From assembly GCF_963921235.1 (NCBI RefSeq), contig NC_086097.1:231324001-231388000 (forward strand): a stretch of DNA of 64,000 nt. The letters run 5' to 3'. The DNA is from Mobula hypostoma (taxonomy: Eukaryota). Positions 35,214-49,500 of the stretch are shown here, piece after piece; within the stretch, counting starts at the first letter, position 1, and each line of letters begins with the position of its first letter. Position numbers and translations under genes: made by a program. Below the pieces are notes generated by a model. It was not told the DNA's origin. It saw only the letters and a list, made by a program, of their open reading frames with translations, and made no database searches.

Positions 35214-36619
35214 ACATGAATGACATTTCAATAAACTTACAGAATAAAAGATGCAGAAAGCAATTAAAATCCCTTATCTGCTGGACCTCATCGACACCAT
35301 TATGATCACTATTAGAAACTATAGATCACACAACTGATCTTCAACTTAATTACACTAATGAATTATGTAAAGATCTTGTTAGTCACTGACTTTCTTTAGT
35401 TTGAATGTTACTCAAGATAAATAATCTTGTTAACAAATTCAAATGTGTTTGAATGACATTCCATCAGTTCTTGATGTTAGGTATGATCTAAGGAAAATGG
35501 TGTTCCAAGGGAGACAAATAAAAAGATCACATTAACTATGCTTGCCTGAGTGTTTTATTTTTTTTAATTCTCGACATTTTGCAGACTTTGTTTTTTAATA
35601 TATTTATTTCCAAAACTATAGATATGACTAACAAGACCAGCATGCATTGCCCACAAGAAATGTGGTTCTAGTTTAAAATGGCTCTGCTGAAGGTGGGCAA
35701 CAACTTACTGGTGGTTCTGAAAGCAAGAATTACAACTAAATACTTTATTAATAACACTTTTTCTGTAAAAATAAATTATGGTAAATAATTTTTATTATTT
35801 ACAACAAACAATGTTTACTGTAAATATTTTATTATTTACTGCGAACAATAAAGAGGTGAATGAAGGCGAGGCTGACTCGAGGGTTGAGGCATGTTCGAGG
35901 AGAAGTGGTCAGAGTTGGAGTGAGCAGAGTGGAGCAAAGTTGGGGCAGAGGAGAGGCAGATTCGGGGCTCATCCACCTAAATTGAGAGCGAGATTTGATT
36001 AATCTAAGCACTGGGCCGATTTGGAAAGGTCCTGTACGGGTACCAGTGTGACAGGCCCCGGGTCTTTGAGTGAGGAATGACCTGATAGTTGGATGATTTA
36101 AACACTGGGCCAGATGGATTAAAAAGGTAGGGTGTCAGTACAGAAATAGGCTACAGATGCAACGAATGATGGAGTTCATGTTCAGTACCAGTGTCAGAGT
36201 TTTTCTATTTCCCATAGCCTTTGCTGTATTCAGTGCTTCAGTTATGCTTCGATATCGTGTGGAATAAACTGAATTAGGTGAAGACCAGCTTCCATAATTG
36301 CAGGAGCAGTGGATCTATTTTCTGTCTGTCTGTTTTGTATTTTGTGTTGCACGTTTGTTACGGGTAATCTGTCGTATGGGTTGGAGTGTAGTAGAAGCAA
36401 ATGAGTATAGTCACATATTCTTGCTTTGTTCAGCTTTGCTGGTTTCATTATAAAGGTTCGAATGTACTTTTTTCCACTTGGAAAGTTAATTTGGAAGTGC
36501 GTCATACACAGTCAGCTCCCGGAGTCAGTCTGTTAGTGGTTTCGATTTGCTTTCAAATAACCGCTACAAATAATTTGTGGGGATCTCAGGAGGAAGCCAA
36601 GACTGATCATCCACTCAAC

Positions 36620-37910
36620 ACCATAAGACCTCAAGGCATATGAGCAAAATTAGGCCATCCAGTCCATCTAGCCTGCTCCACCAATTAATCATGGCTGATT
36701 TATTATCCCTCAACTCTATTCCCATAACTTCTTCCCGTAATGTCTGACACCCTTACAATCAAGAAACTATCAACCTCAGCTTTAAATATATCTAATGATT
36801 TGGCTTCCACAGCCATCTGAGGTATTGAATTACACAGATTCACCACCCTCTGGCTAAAGAAATACCTCCTCATCTCTATTCTAAAGGATCCTCCTTGTAT
36901 TCTGAGGCTGTGCACTCTGGTCCTAGACTCCCCTACTATTTGGAAACATTCTCTCCATGTCCACTCTGTCTAGGCCTTTCAATATTCAAGAGGTTTCAAT
37001 GAGATCACCCCTTCATTCCTGTAAACTTCAGCAAGCACAGGCCCAGAGACATGAAACACTCCTCATGTTATCCCTTTATTTCCTAGGATCATTCTCGTGG
37101 TAGAAATGTTTCAGTATTACCTTTGGTGCGCACACAGAAGGCCCTGCCACCACTGTGGATGGGGATGTTCCTGAAACTTACTACTCCCATTAATTATTTA
37201 ACTTCTGATGCCTTGGCGAAATAAGAATGTATCAACCTCTGTTCATACTCAATGCCTTGCCTCCATGGCCATTCATGACAAGGAGTTCCACAAATTCACC
37301 ACCCTCTGGTTAAATAAATTCTTTCTCATCTCTGTTTTAAATAGACGTCCCTCTTTTCTAAGGCTGTGCCCACTGGCCCTAGACCCCTCCACTATAGGAA
37401 ACATCCTCTCCATCTTGGCCTTTCAATATTCAATAGGTTTCAAAGAGATTCCCCACCTTATTCTTCTAAACAGCAGAACAAACACTATCAAATTAGTTTT
37501 TACCTCTGATTTTTGAATTTTCACACCATTTAAAGAATAATCTATGCCTTTATTTCTTCTACTAAAGTGCAAAACCATATATTTCCCGACACTATATTCC
37601 ATCTGCCATTTCTTTGCCCATTCTCCCAACCTGTCTAAGTCTTTCTGCAGACTCTGTGCTTCTTCAATACAAATTGCCCCTCCACCTATCCTTATATTGT
37701 CCTTGTATTCTGAGGCTGTCCCTCTGATCCCAGACTCACCCACAGTAGGAAACATCTTTTCCACATCCACTCCAGACCTTTCAATATTCGAGAGGTTTCA
37801 ATTAGATTCCCCCTCATTCTTCTAAACTCCAGCAAATACAGGCCTAGAGCCATTAAATGCTTTTCATACATTTATGCTTTTACTACTGGGATCACTCTTA
37901 GGAATCTCCA
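36620..37910 (-). mobile_element. Cluster of old CR1 3' fragments
   Basis: EMRRYFFSQRVVNL, LQKDLDRLGEWAKKWQMEYSVGK. Confidence 0.8.
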
Positions 37911-37914
37911 CAAA

Positions 37915-38181
37915 CTGTTCCAGTTGCTACCATCGGGGAAACGGTACTGCAGCATAAAAGCCAGGACCAACAGGCTCCGGGACAGCTTCTTCCACCAGGC
38001 CATCAGACTGATTAATTCAGATGCTGCTGTATTTCAATGTTATATTGACTATTCTGTTGTACATAACATTTATAATAAATTACTATAATTGCACATTACA
38101 CATTTAAATGGAGACATAATGTAAAGATTTTTACTCCTCATGTATTTGAAGGATGTGAGAAATAAAGCCAATTCAATTCAA
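37915..38181 (+). mobile_element. Rex1/Babar 3' end
   Basis: LLPSGKRYCSIKARTNRLRDSFFHQAIRL followed by a (TTCAA)n tail. Confidence 0.78.
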
Positions 38182-41100
38182 CTTGAGATGAAAAGATCCA
38201 GTGTAGAAATCCAGATGGACAGTCTAGAGCGGGTAGAGATCCAGAGTGGAGTTCTAGGGTAGGTAGAAATCCACGGTGGGGTGTCCAGAGCAGGTAGAGA
38301 ACCAAAACAGGTTGAAGAATGGTGATGGAAGGCACCTGTTCAGCTCCTGTTAAAGCCCATAGTCCAAGTTTGTGAGAGATGATAGTGTAAAGACACAGTA
38401 AATCCATATGCCTGCTTATTATAGATAGGGAAAGTGGCAGACAGCATCAAAAGAGTGACTGCAAATGAGCCATGACAAAGGGAACATAGAACTACAATGA
38501 AACATGCAGCTGCTGGCTTGTATTTCTTTACTTCTCGCCGAAGGCAAATTGTAAGCAGCTACTTCTGTCCAAACTGTGATCATCTAATTTTATATAAATG
38601 AGAGATCAGCTCTGAGAACTTTCTGATCTGAATAATGTAGCAGTATGAGAGTAATACATTTACTCAATATACGCTTTAGGGGGAAATCATTTATTTCCAA
38701 AAACCGTACATCCACAAAAATAATGAAAGTGCCTGTGCATGAACATGCAGTGACTTTAGGAACTGCAATAATAAGCCATATTGAATTAGAGCAGTGAAAT
38801 TAAAAATGAGATTGAAGATAGGAAGATCATTTAGCCATCTTATTTCACTTGGCCAGAGGCTTCCCAATAGTCCACCAGTATAGCACCTCATTGATTTATG
38901 AATTTATCAGACCCTCTGTCTATTTTCTGTGAACTGGAAAGTTGTTCTACATTTTGTTACTCTTTATGTTCTAAAGAATTTTCTGACAACCATCTCAAAG
39001 CATTCTTCACTAGTTTGATTTGAGACTGCAGTCTAATTTATTTAACCGTTAACATTTTAAAAATATTATCTTTAAATAAAAGCAAAAGTGGGGGCAGATA
39101 ATAGAGCAAAAATTAGCAAAAAGTTAGAGGATATACAGTATGCCCTCTTTTTGATTTTTATGTTGGCTTTGACTTCTCTTGTTAGCCATTTTGTATCATC
39201 TTTCCTTTAGAGTACTTCTTCCTCTTTGGGATGTATATATCTCGTGCCTTCTGAATTGCTTCCAGAAATTCCAGCCATTGCTGCTCTGCCATCATCCCTG
39301 TCAGTGTTCTTTTCCAATCAATTCTGGCTAACTCCTCCCTCATGCCTCTGTAATTCCCTTTACTCCACTGTAATACATTTGACTTTAGCTTCTCCTTCTT
39401 AAATTTCAGGGAGAATTCGATCATATTATGATAACTTTCTCCTTAGGTTTTTTTTGTAGCCTAAGCTCTCTAATCAATTCTGGTTCATTGCATGACACCT
39501 AATCCAAATAGCTGATCCCTCAGTAGGCTCAACCACAAGCTGCTCTAAAAAGCCATCTCATAGGCACTCCAGAAATTCCCCTTCCTGGAATCCAGCACAA
39601 ACCTGATTTTCGCAATCTACCTGCAAACTGAAGTCCCCCATGACTGTTGTAACATTGCCCTTTTGGCATGTATTTTCTATCTCCCATTGTAATTTGCAGG
39701 CCGCATCCTTACTACTGTTTGAATACAATTCCCATCAGGGTCTTTCTACCTTGCAGTTTGTTAGCTCTATCCACAATGATTCAACACCTTCTGATCGTAT
39801 GTCACCTTTTCCTAATGATTTGATTTCATTTTCTACCAACAGAGCAATGCCGCCCCCTCTGCCTTCCTTCCTGTCCTTTCAATGCAATGTGTATCCTTGG
39901 ACATTTAGCTCCCAGCTAAAATCTTCTTTCAGCCATGATTCAGTGATGCTTACAAATTCATACCTACCAGTCTGTAACTGTGCTGCAAGTTCATCTACCT
40001 TATTCTGTATACTGTGCACATTCAAATATAACATCTTCAATCCTGTATTCACCCGTTTCAGTTTTGTCCGCCTTCTACATTGCAACTCACACTGTTGACT
40101 GCATTTTATCCCTATCAACAGCCTCTCCTCACTACACATTGCCTCTATTTGTAAACCAGCTACCTCACTTTCAGTACTATTATCTGCCTGTCCTGTGATA
40201 CTTCTTGCAATGAAACAGGCAGCTCAGGACACTAGCTGTAGCATGCTTAACCTTTTCATTCCTTTTACATGGTCAAATTATTTCGTATTTAGCTAAGCTG
40301 AAGAAACAGACAAGAATGGAATTAGATAAAATTTCTAAACAAATTAAAGATTTAGATAACATTAACGCAACCTCTCCAAATGTTGATTTGTTTAAAAGAG
40401 TGGAATTACAATCACAATATAATTTATTATTAACTTATCCTATTGAAGGATATTTGCTTAAATTGAAAAGTCAGTTTTAAATTTTTGAGGATAAAAATAA
40501 TAGGCTCTTAGCTTCCCAATTAAGGGCAGCTAGAGCTAAAAGACAAGTTTTAAAGATTCGTAAAGATAATGGAGATATAGTAAGTAATCATGAAGATATT
40601 AATAATATTTTTCAGGATTTTTATTCTGATCTTTATAAATCTCAATTTCCTACGGACTCTTCCAAAATGAGGGCTTTTTCACATAAGATTACATTTCCTC
40701 AAATTACTGTTGAAGATTAACAGACCCTTGATGCTCCAATTACTGAGCATGAAATTTAGAAAGCTGTGTTGTCAATGCAGTTAGGTAAAGCTCCTGGACT
40801 TGATGGTTATTCAGTAGGATTTTACAAAAAATTTGAAAAATTACTTTCTCCATATCTTTTGGAAATATTTCATGAATCTTTTGAGAAGGATCTTCTTTTT
40901 ATGAAGCTTCTGTTTCCTTAATCCTTAAGAAAGATAAAGATCCTACTGAATGTTCATCATATAGACCTATTTCGCTGTTAAATGTGGACGCAAAAATTCT
41001 TTCTAAGATACTGGCTAACCGTTTGGAAAATATTTTAACTAAAATCATCTCTACGGATCAAACAGGCTTTATTAAAGGCCGTTACTCTTTCTCCAATGTT

Positions 41101-41304
41101 CGGAGATTGATGAACATTATATACTCATCACTATCCAAGGTACCCCAATGTGTTATTTCTCTTGACACAGAAAAGGCATTTGATAGAGTTGAATGGACAT
41201 ATTTGTTTAATGTATTAGAAAAATTTGGCTTTGGTAATAATTTTAATAAGTGGATTTAAATGATCTATAAGAATCCTATTGCTATTGTTATTACTAATAA
41301 TTTC

Positions 41305-42487
41305 AGGTCTTTTGACAAGGTCCCACACAGGAGATTAGTGTGCAAACTTAAAGCACACGGTATTGGGGGTAAGGTATTGATGTGGATAGAGAATTGGTTG
41401 GCAGACAGGAAGCAAAGAGTGGGAATAAACAGGACCTTTTCAGAGTGGCAGGCAGTGACTAGTGGGGTACCGCAAGGCTCAGTGCTGGGACCCCAGTTGT
41501 TTACAATATATATTAATGACTTGGATGAGGGAATTAAATGCAGCATCTCCAAGTTTGTGGATGACACGAAGCTGGGCGGCAGTGTTAGCTGTGAGGAGGA
41601 TGCTAAGAGGATGCAGGGTGACTTGGATAGGTTAGGTGAGTGGGCAAATTCATGGCAGATGCAATTTAATATGGATAAATGTGAAGTTATCCACTTTGGT
41701 GGCAAAAACAGGAAAACAGATTATTATCTGAATGGTGGCCGATTAGGAAAAGGGGAGGTGCAACGAGACCTGGGTGTCATTATACACCAGTCATTGAAAG
41801 TGGGCATGCAGGTACAGCAGGCGGTGAAAAAGGCGAATGGTATGCTGGCATTTATAGCACGAGGATTTGAGTACAGGAGCAGGGAGGTACTACTGCAGTT
41901 GTACAAGGCCTTGGTGAGACCACACCTGGAGTGTTGTGTGCAGTTTTGGTCCCCTAATCTGAGGAAAGACATCCTTGCCATAGAGGGAGTACAAAGAAGG
42001 TTCACCAGATTGATTCCTGGGATGGCAGGACTTTCATATGATGAAAGACTGGATTGACTAGGCTTATACTCGTTGGAATTTAGAAGATTGATGGGGGATC
42101 TGATTGAAACGTATAAAATCCTAAAGGGATTGGACAGGCTAGATGCAGGAAGATTGTTCCCGATGTTGGGGAAGTCCAGAACGAGGGGTCACAGTTTGAG
42201 GATAAAGGGGAAGCCTTTTAGGACCGAGATTAGGAAAAACTTCTTCACACAGAGAGTGGTGAATCTGTGGAATTCTCTGCCACAGGAAACAGTTGAGGCC
42301 AGTTCATTGGCTATATTTAAGAGGGAGTTAGATATGACCCTTGTGGCTACGGGGATCAGGGGGTATGGAGGGAGGGCTGGTGCAGGATTCTGAGTTGGAT
42401 GATCAGCCATGATCATACTGAATGGCGATGCAGGCTCGAAGGGCCGAATGGCCTACTCCTGCACCTATTTTCTATGTTTCTATGTTT
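41305..42487 (+). mobile_element. Young CR1 3' part inserted in L1
   Basis: Nearly open RT ([32 protein letters not shown]), one stop at about 42055, (TTCTATG)n tail. Confidence 0.93.
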
Positions 42488-43720
42488 CCTTTTTTTTTCA
42501 CTCTCGTGAGGTACTAGATAGGGATGTCCACTAAGTCCTTTATTATTTAATCTTGTACTGGAGCCTTTAGCTATAATACTCCGTGAAGCTAAAAATATTC
42601 ATGGTATCTCTATAAATGGGACCACACGTAAGATTTCTCTTTACGCAGATGATCTTTTGGTTTATATTTTGAACCCTGAAGAATCTATTCCTAATCTTTT
42701 GGAAACATTAAATGATTTTGGAAAATTTTCAGGATATAAACTTAACTTAAATAAAAGTGAATTGCTTCCATTAAATGCTTCTGTTTTTATATATAACGAT
42801 ATTCCATTTAGAATTGTGAATTCTTTTAAATATTTAGGTATTATCATTACTAAAAAATATAAAAATCTTTATAAAGCTGATGTAGTTCCTTTAATGAACT
42901 ATATGAAACAATTGTTTTCTAGGTGGAACCCACTTACACTTCCTTTAATAGGTCATATTCATGCTGTGAAAATGATGATTTTACCTGGATTTTTATATGT
43001 TTTTCAAAATATACCTATCTTTTTAACTAAAACATTGATTCTATTATTTTGTCCTTTATTTGGAATAATAAAAAAAAACAAGAATTAATAACTATCATTT
43101 ACAAATATCTCAAAAAGATGGTGGACTTGCACTACCTAATTTAAGATTGTATTATTCGGCTGTTAATATTCAACAATTATGTTTTTGGCTATATTGGCTT
43201 AATAAGAGCCAAAAACCAGCTTGGATTGATTTGGAATTAAAAGCTATCAAACAATTTCATTTAACCTCATTATTAGGAGCTCCATTACCTTTACAACTTG
43301 CTAAAATTCCAAATGTAAATCTCTACCCCGTTATTAAACAGTTCTTACGGATTTGGTTTCAGTTTCGCAACTCTTTTAATTTTAAACAATTTAAATTGTC
43401 TAGCTCTTTATATCGAAATTTTCTATTTAAACCATATATAACCGATCCCATTCTTCTCTTATGGAGAAATAACGTTCTTTTGCAGATTTACTTTGTGGTG
43501 GTTGATTGATGACTTTTGAACAGTTAATTAGCAAATGTTCCCTCTCTCAGACACACTTACTGCAATATTTTCAGGTTAGACATTTTTTACAAAAATACTT
43601 ATCTAAGTTTCCATATATGCAAGAATCTGATTAGTTGGATACTACTTTAAATATGAATCCTTTAGTGAGAGGTTCCATTGGTAGAATTTATAATTCATTT
43701 TTACTACAGAAAGATAACCT

Positions 43721-44434
43721 GAGGAGAGCTAAGGCACTGGTGACCCCTGTTGCCATCCAGGAGGTCAGTGTGGACGTGGTGGAGGATTACCAATACCTGG
43801 GGATACGTATTGACAATAAACTGGACTGGTCAAAGAACACTGAGGCTGTCTACAAGAACGGTCAGAGCCGTCTCTATTTCCTGAGGAGACTGAGGAGACA
43901 TCTGCCCGACGATGCTGAGGATATTCTACGAGTCTGTGGTGGCCAGTGCTATTATGTTTGCTGTTGTGTGCTGGGGCAGCAGGCTGAGGGTAGCAGACAC
44001 CAACAGAATCAACAAACTCATTCGTAAGGCCAATGATGTTGTGGGGATGGAACTGGACTCTCTCACGGTGGTGTCTGAAAAGGGGATGCTGTTTAAGTTG
44101 CATGCCATCTTGGTCAATGTCTTCCATCCACTACATAATGTACTGGTTGGGCACAGGAGTACATTCAGCCAGAGACTCATTCCTCCGAGATGCAACACAG
44201 AGCGTCATAGGAAGTCATTCCTGCCTGTGGCCATCAAAATTTACAACTCCTCCCATGGAGGGTCAGATACCCTGAGCCAATAGGCTGGTCCTGGACTTAT
44301 TTCATAATTTACTGGCATAATTACATATTACTATTTAACTATTTATGGTTCTATTACTATTTATTATTTATGGTGCAACTATAACAAAAACCAATTTCCC
44401 CCGGGATCAATAAAGTATGACTATGACTATGAAT
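43721..44434 (+). mobile_element. Rex1/Babar 3' part inserted in L1
   Basis: YLGIRIDNKLDWSKN, GQSRLYFLRRLR. (TATGAC)n tail. TSD ATAACCT at 43714-43720 and 44435-44441. Confidence 0.9.
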
Positions 44435-44551
44435 ATAACCTCTCACTAAAGATTAAACAAGATTGGGAGAGAGAACTTAATATGACTTTTGTTAATGAAG
44501 ATTGGTTGTGAGTTTTGAAAATGATCAATTCTTCTTCGATATTGCAACTCC

Positions 44552-46531
44552 GATAAAGAAGAAGAGGGAGTTGTATGATGTGTATAGGAAGCAGGGAGTA
44601 AATAAGGTGCTTGAGGAGTATAAGAAGTGCAAGAGAATACTTAAGAAAGAAATCAGGAGGGCTAAAAGAAGACATGAGGTTGCCTTGGCAGTCAAAGTGA
44701 AGGATAATCCAAAGAGCTTTTACAGGTATATTGAGAGCAAAAGGATTGTAAGGGATAAAATTGGTCCTCTTGAAGATCAGAGTGGTCGGCTATGTGCGGA
44801 CCAAAGGAAATGGGGGAGATCTTAAATAGGTTTTTTGCGTCTGTGTTTACTAAGGAAACTGGCATGAAGTCTATGGAATTAAGGGAAACAAGTAGTGAGA
44901 TCATGGAAACTGTACAGATCGAAAAGGAGGAGGTCCTTGCTGTCTTGAGGAAAATTAAAGTGGATAAATCCCCGGGACCTGACAGGGTGTTCCCTCAGAC
45001 CTTGAAGGAGACTAGTGTTGAAATTGCAGGGGCCCTGGCTGAAATATTTAAAATGTTGCTGTCTACAAGTGAGGTGCCGGAGGATTGGAGAGTGGCTCAT
45101 GTTGTTCCGTTGTTTAAAAAAGGATCGAAAAGTAATCCGGGAAATTATAGGCCAGTAAGTTTAACGTCGGTAGTAGGTAAGTTATTGGAGGGAGTACTAA
45201 GAGACAGAATCTACAAGCATTTGGATAGACTGGGACTTATTAGGGAGAGTCAACATGGCTTTGTGCGTGGTAGGTCATGTTTGACCAATCTATTGGAGTT
45301 TTTCGAGGAGGTTACCAGGAAAGTGGATGAAGGGAAGGCAGTGGATATTGTCTACATGGACTTCAGTAAGGCCTTTGACAAGGTCCCACATGAGAGGTTA
45401 GTTAGGAAAATTCAGTCGCTAGGTATACATGGAGTGGTGGTAATTGGATTAGACATTGGCTCGATGGAAGAAGCCAGAGAGTGGTGGTAGAGAATTGCTT
45501 CTCTGAGTGGAGGCCTGTGACTAGTGGTGTGCCACAGGGATCAGTGCTGGGTCCATTGTTATTTGTCATCTATATCAATGATCTGGATGATAATGTGGTA
45601 AATTGGATCAGCAAGTTTGCTGATGATACAAAGATTGGAGGTGTAGTAGACAGTGAGGAAGGTTTTCAGAGCCTGCAGAGGGACTTGGACCAGCTGGAAA
45701 AATGGGCTTAAAAATGGCAGATGGAGTTTAATACTGACAAGTGTGAGATATTGCACGTTGGTAGGACAAACCAACGTAGAACATACAGGATTAATGGTAA
45801 GGCACTGAGGAGTGCAGTGGAACAGAGGGATCTGGGAATACAGATACAAAATTCCCTAAAAGTAGCGTCACAGGTAGATAGGGTCGTAAAGAGAGCTTTT
45901 GGTACATTGGCCTTTATTAATCGAAGTATTGAGTATAAGAGCTGGAATGTTATGATGAGGTTGTATAAGGCATTGGTGAGGCCGAATCTGGAGTATTGTG
46001 TTCAGTTTTGGTCACCAAATTACAGGAAGGATATAAATAAGGTTGAAAGAGTGCAGAGAAGGTTTACAAGGATGTTGCCGGGACTTGAGAAACTCAGTTA
46101 CAGAGAAAGGTTGAATAGGTTAGGACTTTATTCCCTGAAGCGTAGAAGAATGAGGGGAGATTTGATAGAGGTATATAAAGTTATGATGGGTGTAGATAGA
46201 GTGAATGCAAGCAGGCTTTTTCCACTGAGGCAAGGGGAGAAAAAAACCAGAGGACATGGGTTTAGGGTGAGGGGGGAAAAGTTTAAAGGGAACATTGGGG
46301 GGGCTCCTTCACACAGAGAGTGGTGGGAGTATGGAATGAGCTGCCAGACGAGGTGGTAAATGCGGGTTCTTTTTTAACATTTAAGAATAAATTGGACAGG
46401 TACATGGATGGGAGGTGTATGGAGGGATATGGTCCGTGTGCAGATCGGTGGGACTAGGCAGAAAATGGTTCGGCACAGCCAAGAAGGGCCAAAAGGCCTG
46501 TTTCTATGCTGTAGTTTCTATGGTTTCTATG
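44552..46531 (+). mobile_element. Young CR1 ORF2 3' part inserted in L1
   Basis: [44 protein letters not shown]. Few disablements. TTTCTATG tail. Confidence 0.94.
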
Positions 46532-49500
46532 TGCCAATCACTGTTTAATTCAATTTAAAATTGTTCACCGTTATTATTTAACAAAGGAGAGACTATCCAA
46601 AATATTTCCTAACATAGACAACTATTGTGATAGGTGTAAAACTGAAGTAGCCACTTTGTCACATATGTTCTGGTCATGTTCTTCATTAAAATCTTTTTGG
46701 AAATTTTTATTTTCTACAATTTCTAAAGCTTTGAAAATTAATTTACAACCTAATACATTGACTGTCTTATTTGGAATAGTTCGGCATCATATTCAGGGTA
46801 TTTCATCTTCAGACCAACATTTGTCACATTGTTGGCAAGAAGGGCTATTTTATTGAAATGGAAAGTTACTTCTGTCCCTACATTAATTCAATGGTTTTCT
46901 CAAATAATGTTCTGTTATGTCTTAGCTTGGAAAAAATTAGAAGTAGAACTTTTGATCCTCGATTCAATTTTGAGAGAAGATGGGGCTCTTTTGCCAAATA
47001 TTATCATTTAATTTGAATTAATTTATATGGTTTCCTTCCAATCCTATTTTATATAAATGTGAATTGGCGGTTGGTGATTTATCTTCTTCATATATATAGA
47101 TGATTGTAAGACGTATTGCTCTGGGAACTGGTTCCTAATGGGTTTTTTTTCTCTCTTTTTTCTTTTTCTTTCTCTTGTAGTTACTGGGGTTTTTTTCCTG
47201 TTAGTAGTTGGGGTTCTCTTTTTCCTTCTTTTCTTTATAAAAAGTATTTTTTTTCATTATCATATATTCTTCTTTTTTGATATTTTTACTTCAGCTTTAT
47301 TAACTGTATATATATATTAATTTGTTGAAATCTTGTACTATTTTAAAGCTGTAGAAGATTATGTATCAAACCTTTTGATTCCTGACTTTGTTTGAGGTTT
47401 TACCAACATCTGCCTCCACAACCCCTCCACTATCTGTTCTGGCACTCTGGTTCCCGTCCTCCTGCAACTCTAGTTTAAACCCCACTGTGCAGCATTAACA
47501 AACCTTCCCACTAGGATATTAGTCCCTCTCCAGTTCAGGTGAAAACCGTCCCTTCTATCCAGGTCCCACCTTCCCTGGAAGAGAGCCCAATGATAAAAAA
47601 AATCTGACACCCTCCCTCCTTAACCACTTATTAAACTGTATAATCATCCTAGTTCTAGCTCCTAACTCCCTGAACTCCCTCTGCAGAACCTTGTCACTCA
47701 TCCTACCCATGTCATTAGTACCTACATGGGCCATGACTTCTGGCTGTTCACCCACTTCGGAATGCTGAGGACTCGATCCAAGATATCCTGGATCCGGCAC
47801 CTTGGAGGCAGCATTTGATCCGGGAATCTCATTCTCACCCACAGAACCGCTTGTCCGTTCCCCTAAAACTAACGAATCCTCTATCACCACAGTGTGCCTC
47901 TTCTCCCCACCTCTCTTCTGAGTCACAGAGATCCGACCACTGTGACTCTCCTCGGTTAGGTGATCCCTTGACAGTATCCAAAGTGATACACCAGTTGTGA
48001 GGGGGATGGCCACAGGGGTGCTCTGCACTGGCTCCTTAAACCCTTTCCCCTTCCTGGCTGTCACACAGTCTCCTGTGTCCTGCACCTTGGGTGTAACTTC
48101 CTCTCTATATATCCTATCTATCACCCCCTCACCCTCCCGAATGATCCGGAGTTCATCCAGTTCCAGCTCCTACTCCTTCATGGGGATTGTTAGAAGCTGC
48201 ATCTGGATACACTTTTTGCAGTTGTGCAGTTGTCAGGGACACTGGAGGTCTCCCTGCCTTCACAAATCCCACAAGAGGAGCATTCAACTATCCTGCCTGT
48301 CATCCCTACTGTCTCAGCTGAGCAAATATAAAGAAGGGAAGGGGAAAAAAAACTTAGCTTAGAGCTTTTCCTTTCTTTTGCTTTCTCTGACTGAAGCCCC
48401 ACTTTGCAGATGCCTCTAAATATAAAGGAGGATACCAGTAGCATGAATGGCAGTGATGTTTCACTATCAGATGAACTCAACGCCTTCTATGCCCCCTTTG
48501 AAAGGGAGAACACAACTACAGCTGTGAAGATCCCTGCTGTGACTGATGACCCTGTGATCTCTGTCTCAGAGGCCGATGTTAGGCTGTCTTTAAAGAGAAT
48601 TAACCCTCACAAGGCAGAAGGTCCCAATGGAGTATCTGGTAAGGCTCTGAAAACCTGTGCCAACCAACTGGTGGGAGTATTCAAGGACATTTTCAACCTC
48701 TCACTGCTACAGGCAGAAGTTCCCACTTGCTTCAAAAAGGCAACAATTATACCAGTGCCTAAGAAGAATAATGTGGGCAGCCTTAATGACTATCGCCCGG
48801 TAGCATTCACATCGACAGTGATGCAATGTTTTGAGAGGTTGGTGATGACTAGACTGAACTCCGGCCTCAGCAAGGACCTGGACCCATTGCAATTTGCCTA
48901 TCACCACTATAGGTCAACAGCAGACGCAATCTCAATGGCTGTTCACATGGCCTTAGACCACCTGGATAACACAAACACCTATGTCAGGATGCTGTTCATC
49001 GACCATAACTCTGCATTTAATACCATCATTCCCACAACCCTGATTGAGAAGTTGCAGAACCTGGGCCTCTGTACCTCCCTCTGCAATTGGATCCTCAATT
49101 TCCTAACCAGAAGGCCACAATCTGTGTGGATTGCTGATAAAATTTCCTCCTCGCTGACGATCAACACTGGTGCACCTCAGGGGTGTGTGCTTAGCCCACT
49201 GCTCTACTCTCTATATACCCATGACTGTGTGGCTAGGCATAGCTCAAATACCATCTATAAATTTGCTGACGATACAACCATTGTTGGTAGAATCTCAGGT
49301 GGTGACGAGAGGGCGTACAGGAGTGAGATATGCCAACTAGTTGAATGGTGCCACAGCAGCAACCTGGCACTCAATGTCAGTAAGACGAAAGAACTGATTG
49401 TGGACTTCAGGAAGGGTAAGATGAAGGATCACATACCAATTCTCATAGAGGGATCAGAAGTGGAGAGAGTGAGCAATTTCAAGTTCCTGGGTGTCAAGAT

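Larger units (their letters stand above)
40264..47368 (+). mobile_element. L1/Tx1-like LINE ORF2 (5'-truncated, degenerate) with three younger nested LINEs
   Basis: KAPGLDG, YRPISLLNVDAKILSKILANRL, DQTGFIKGR, LDTEKAFDRVEW, TRXGCPLSP, SLYADD, SGYKLNLNKS, HMFWSC. TSD AACCTTTT(C/G)ATTCCT at 40249-40263 and 47369-47383. Confidence 0.9.
39140..48400 (-). mobile_element. CR1 5' part (ORF1 zinc finger + SGNH esterase, ORF2 endonuclease start), split by an L1
   Basis: MTGRIVECSSCG, VVIEDSLV, VMAHVGTNDMG (47555-48310). LYLNVHSIQNKVDEL...ITESWL (39879-40139). Confidence 0.83.
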
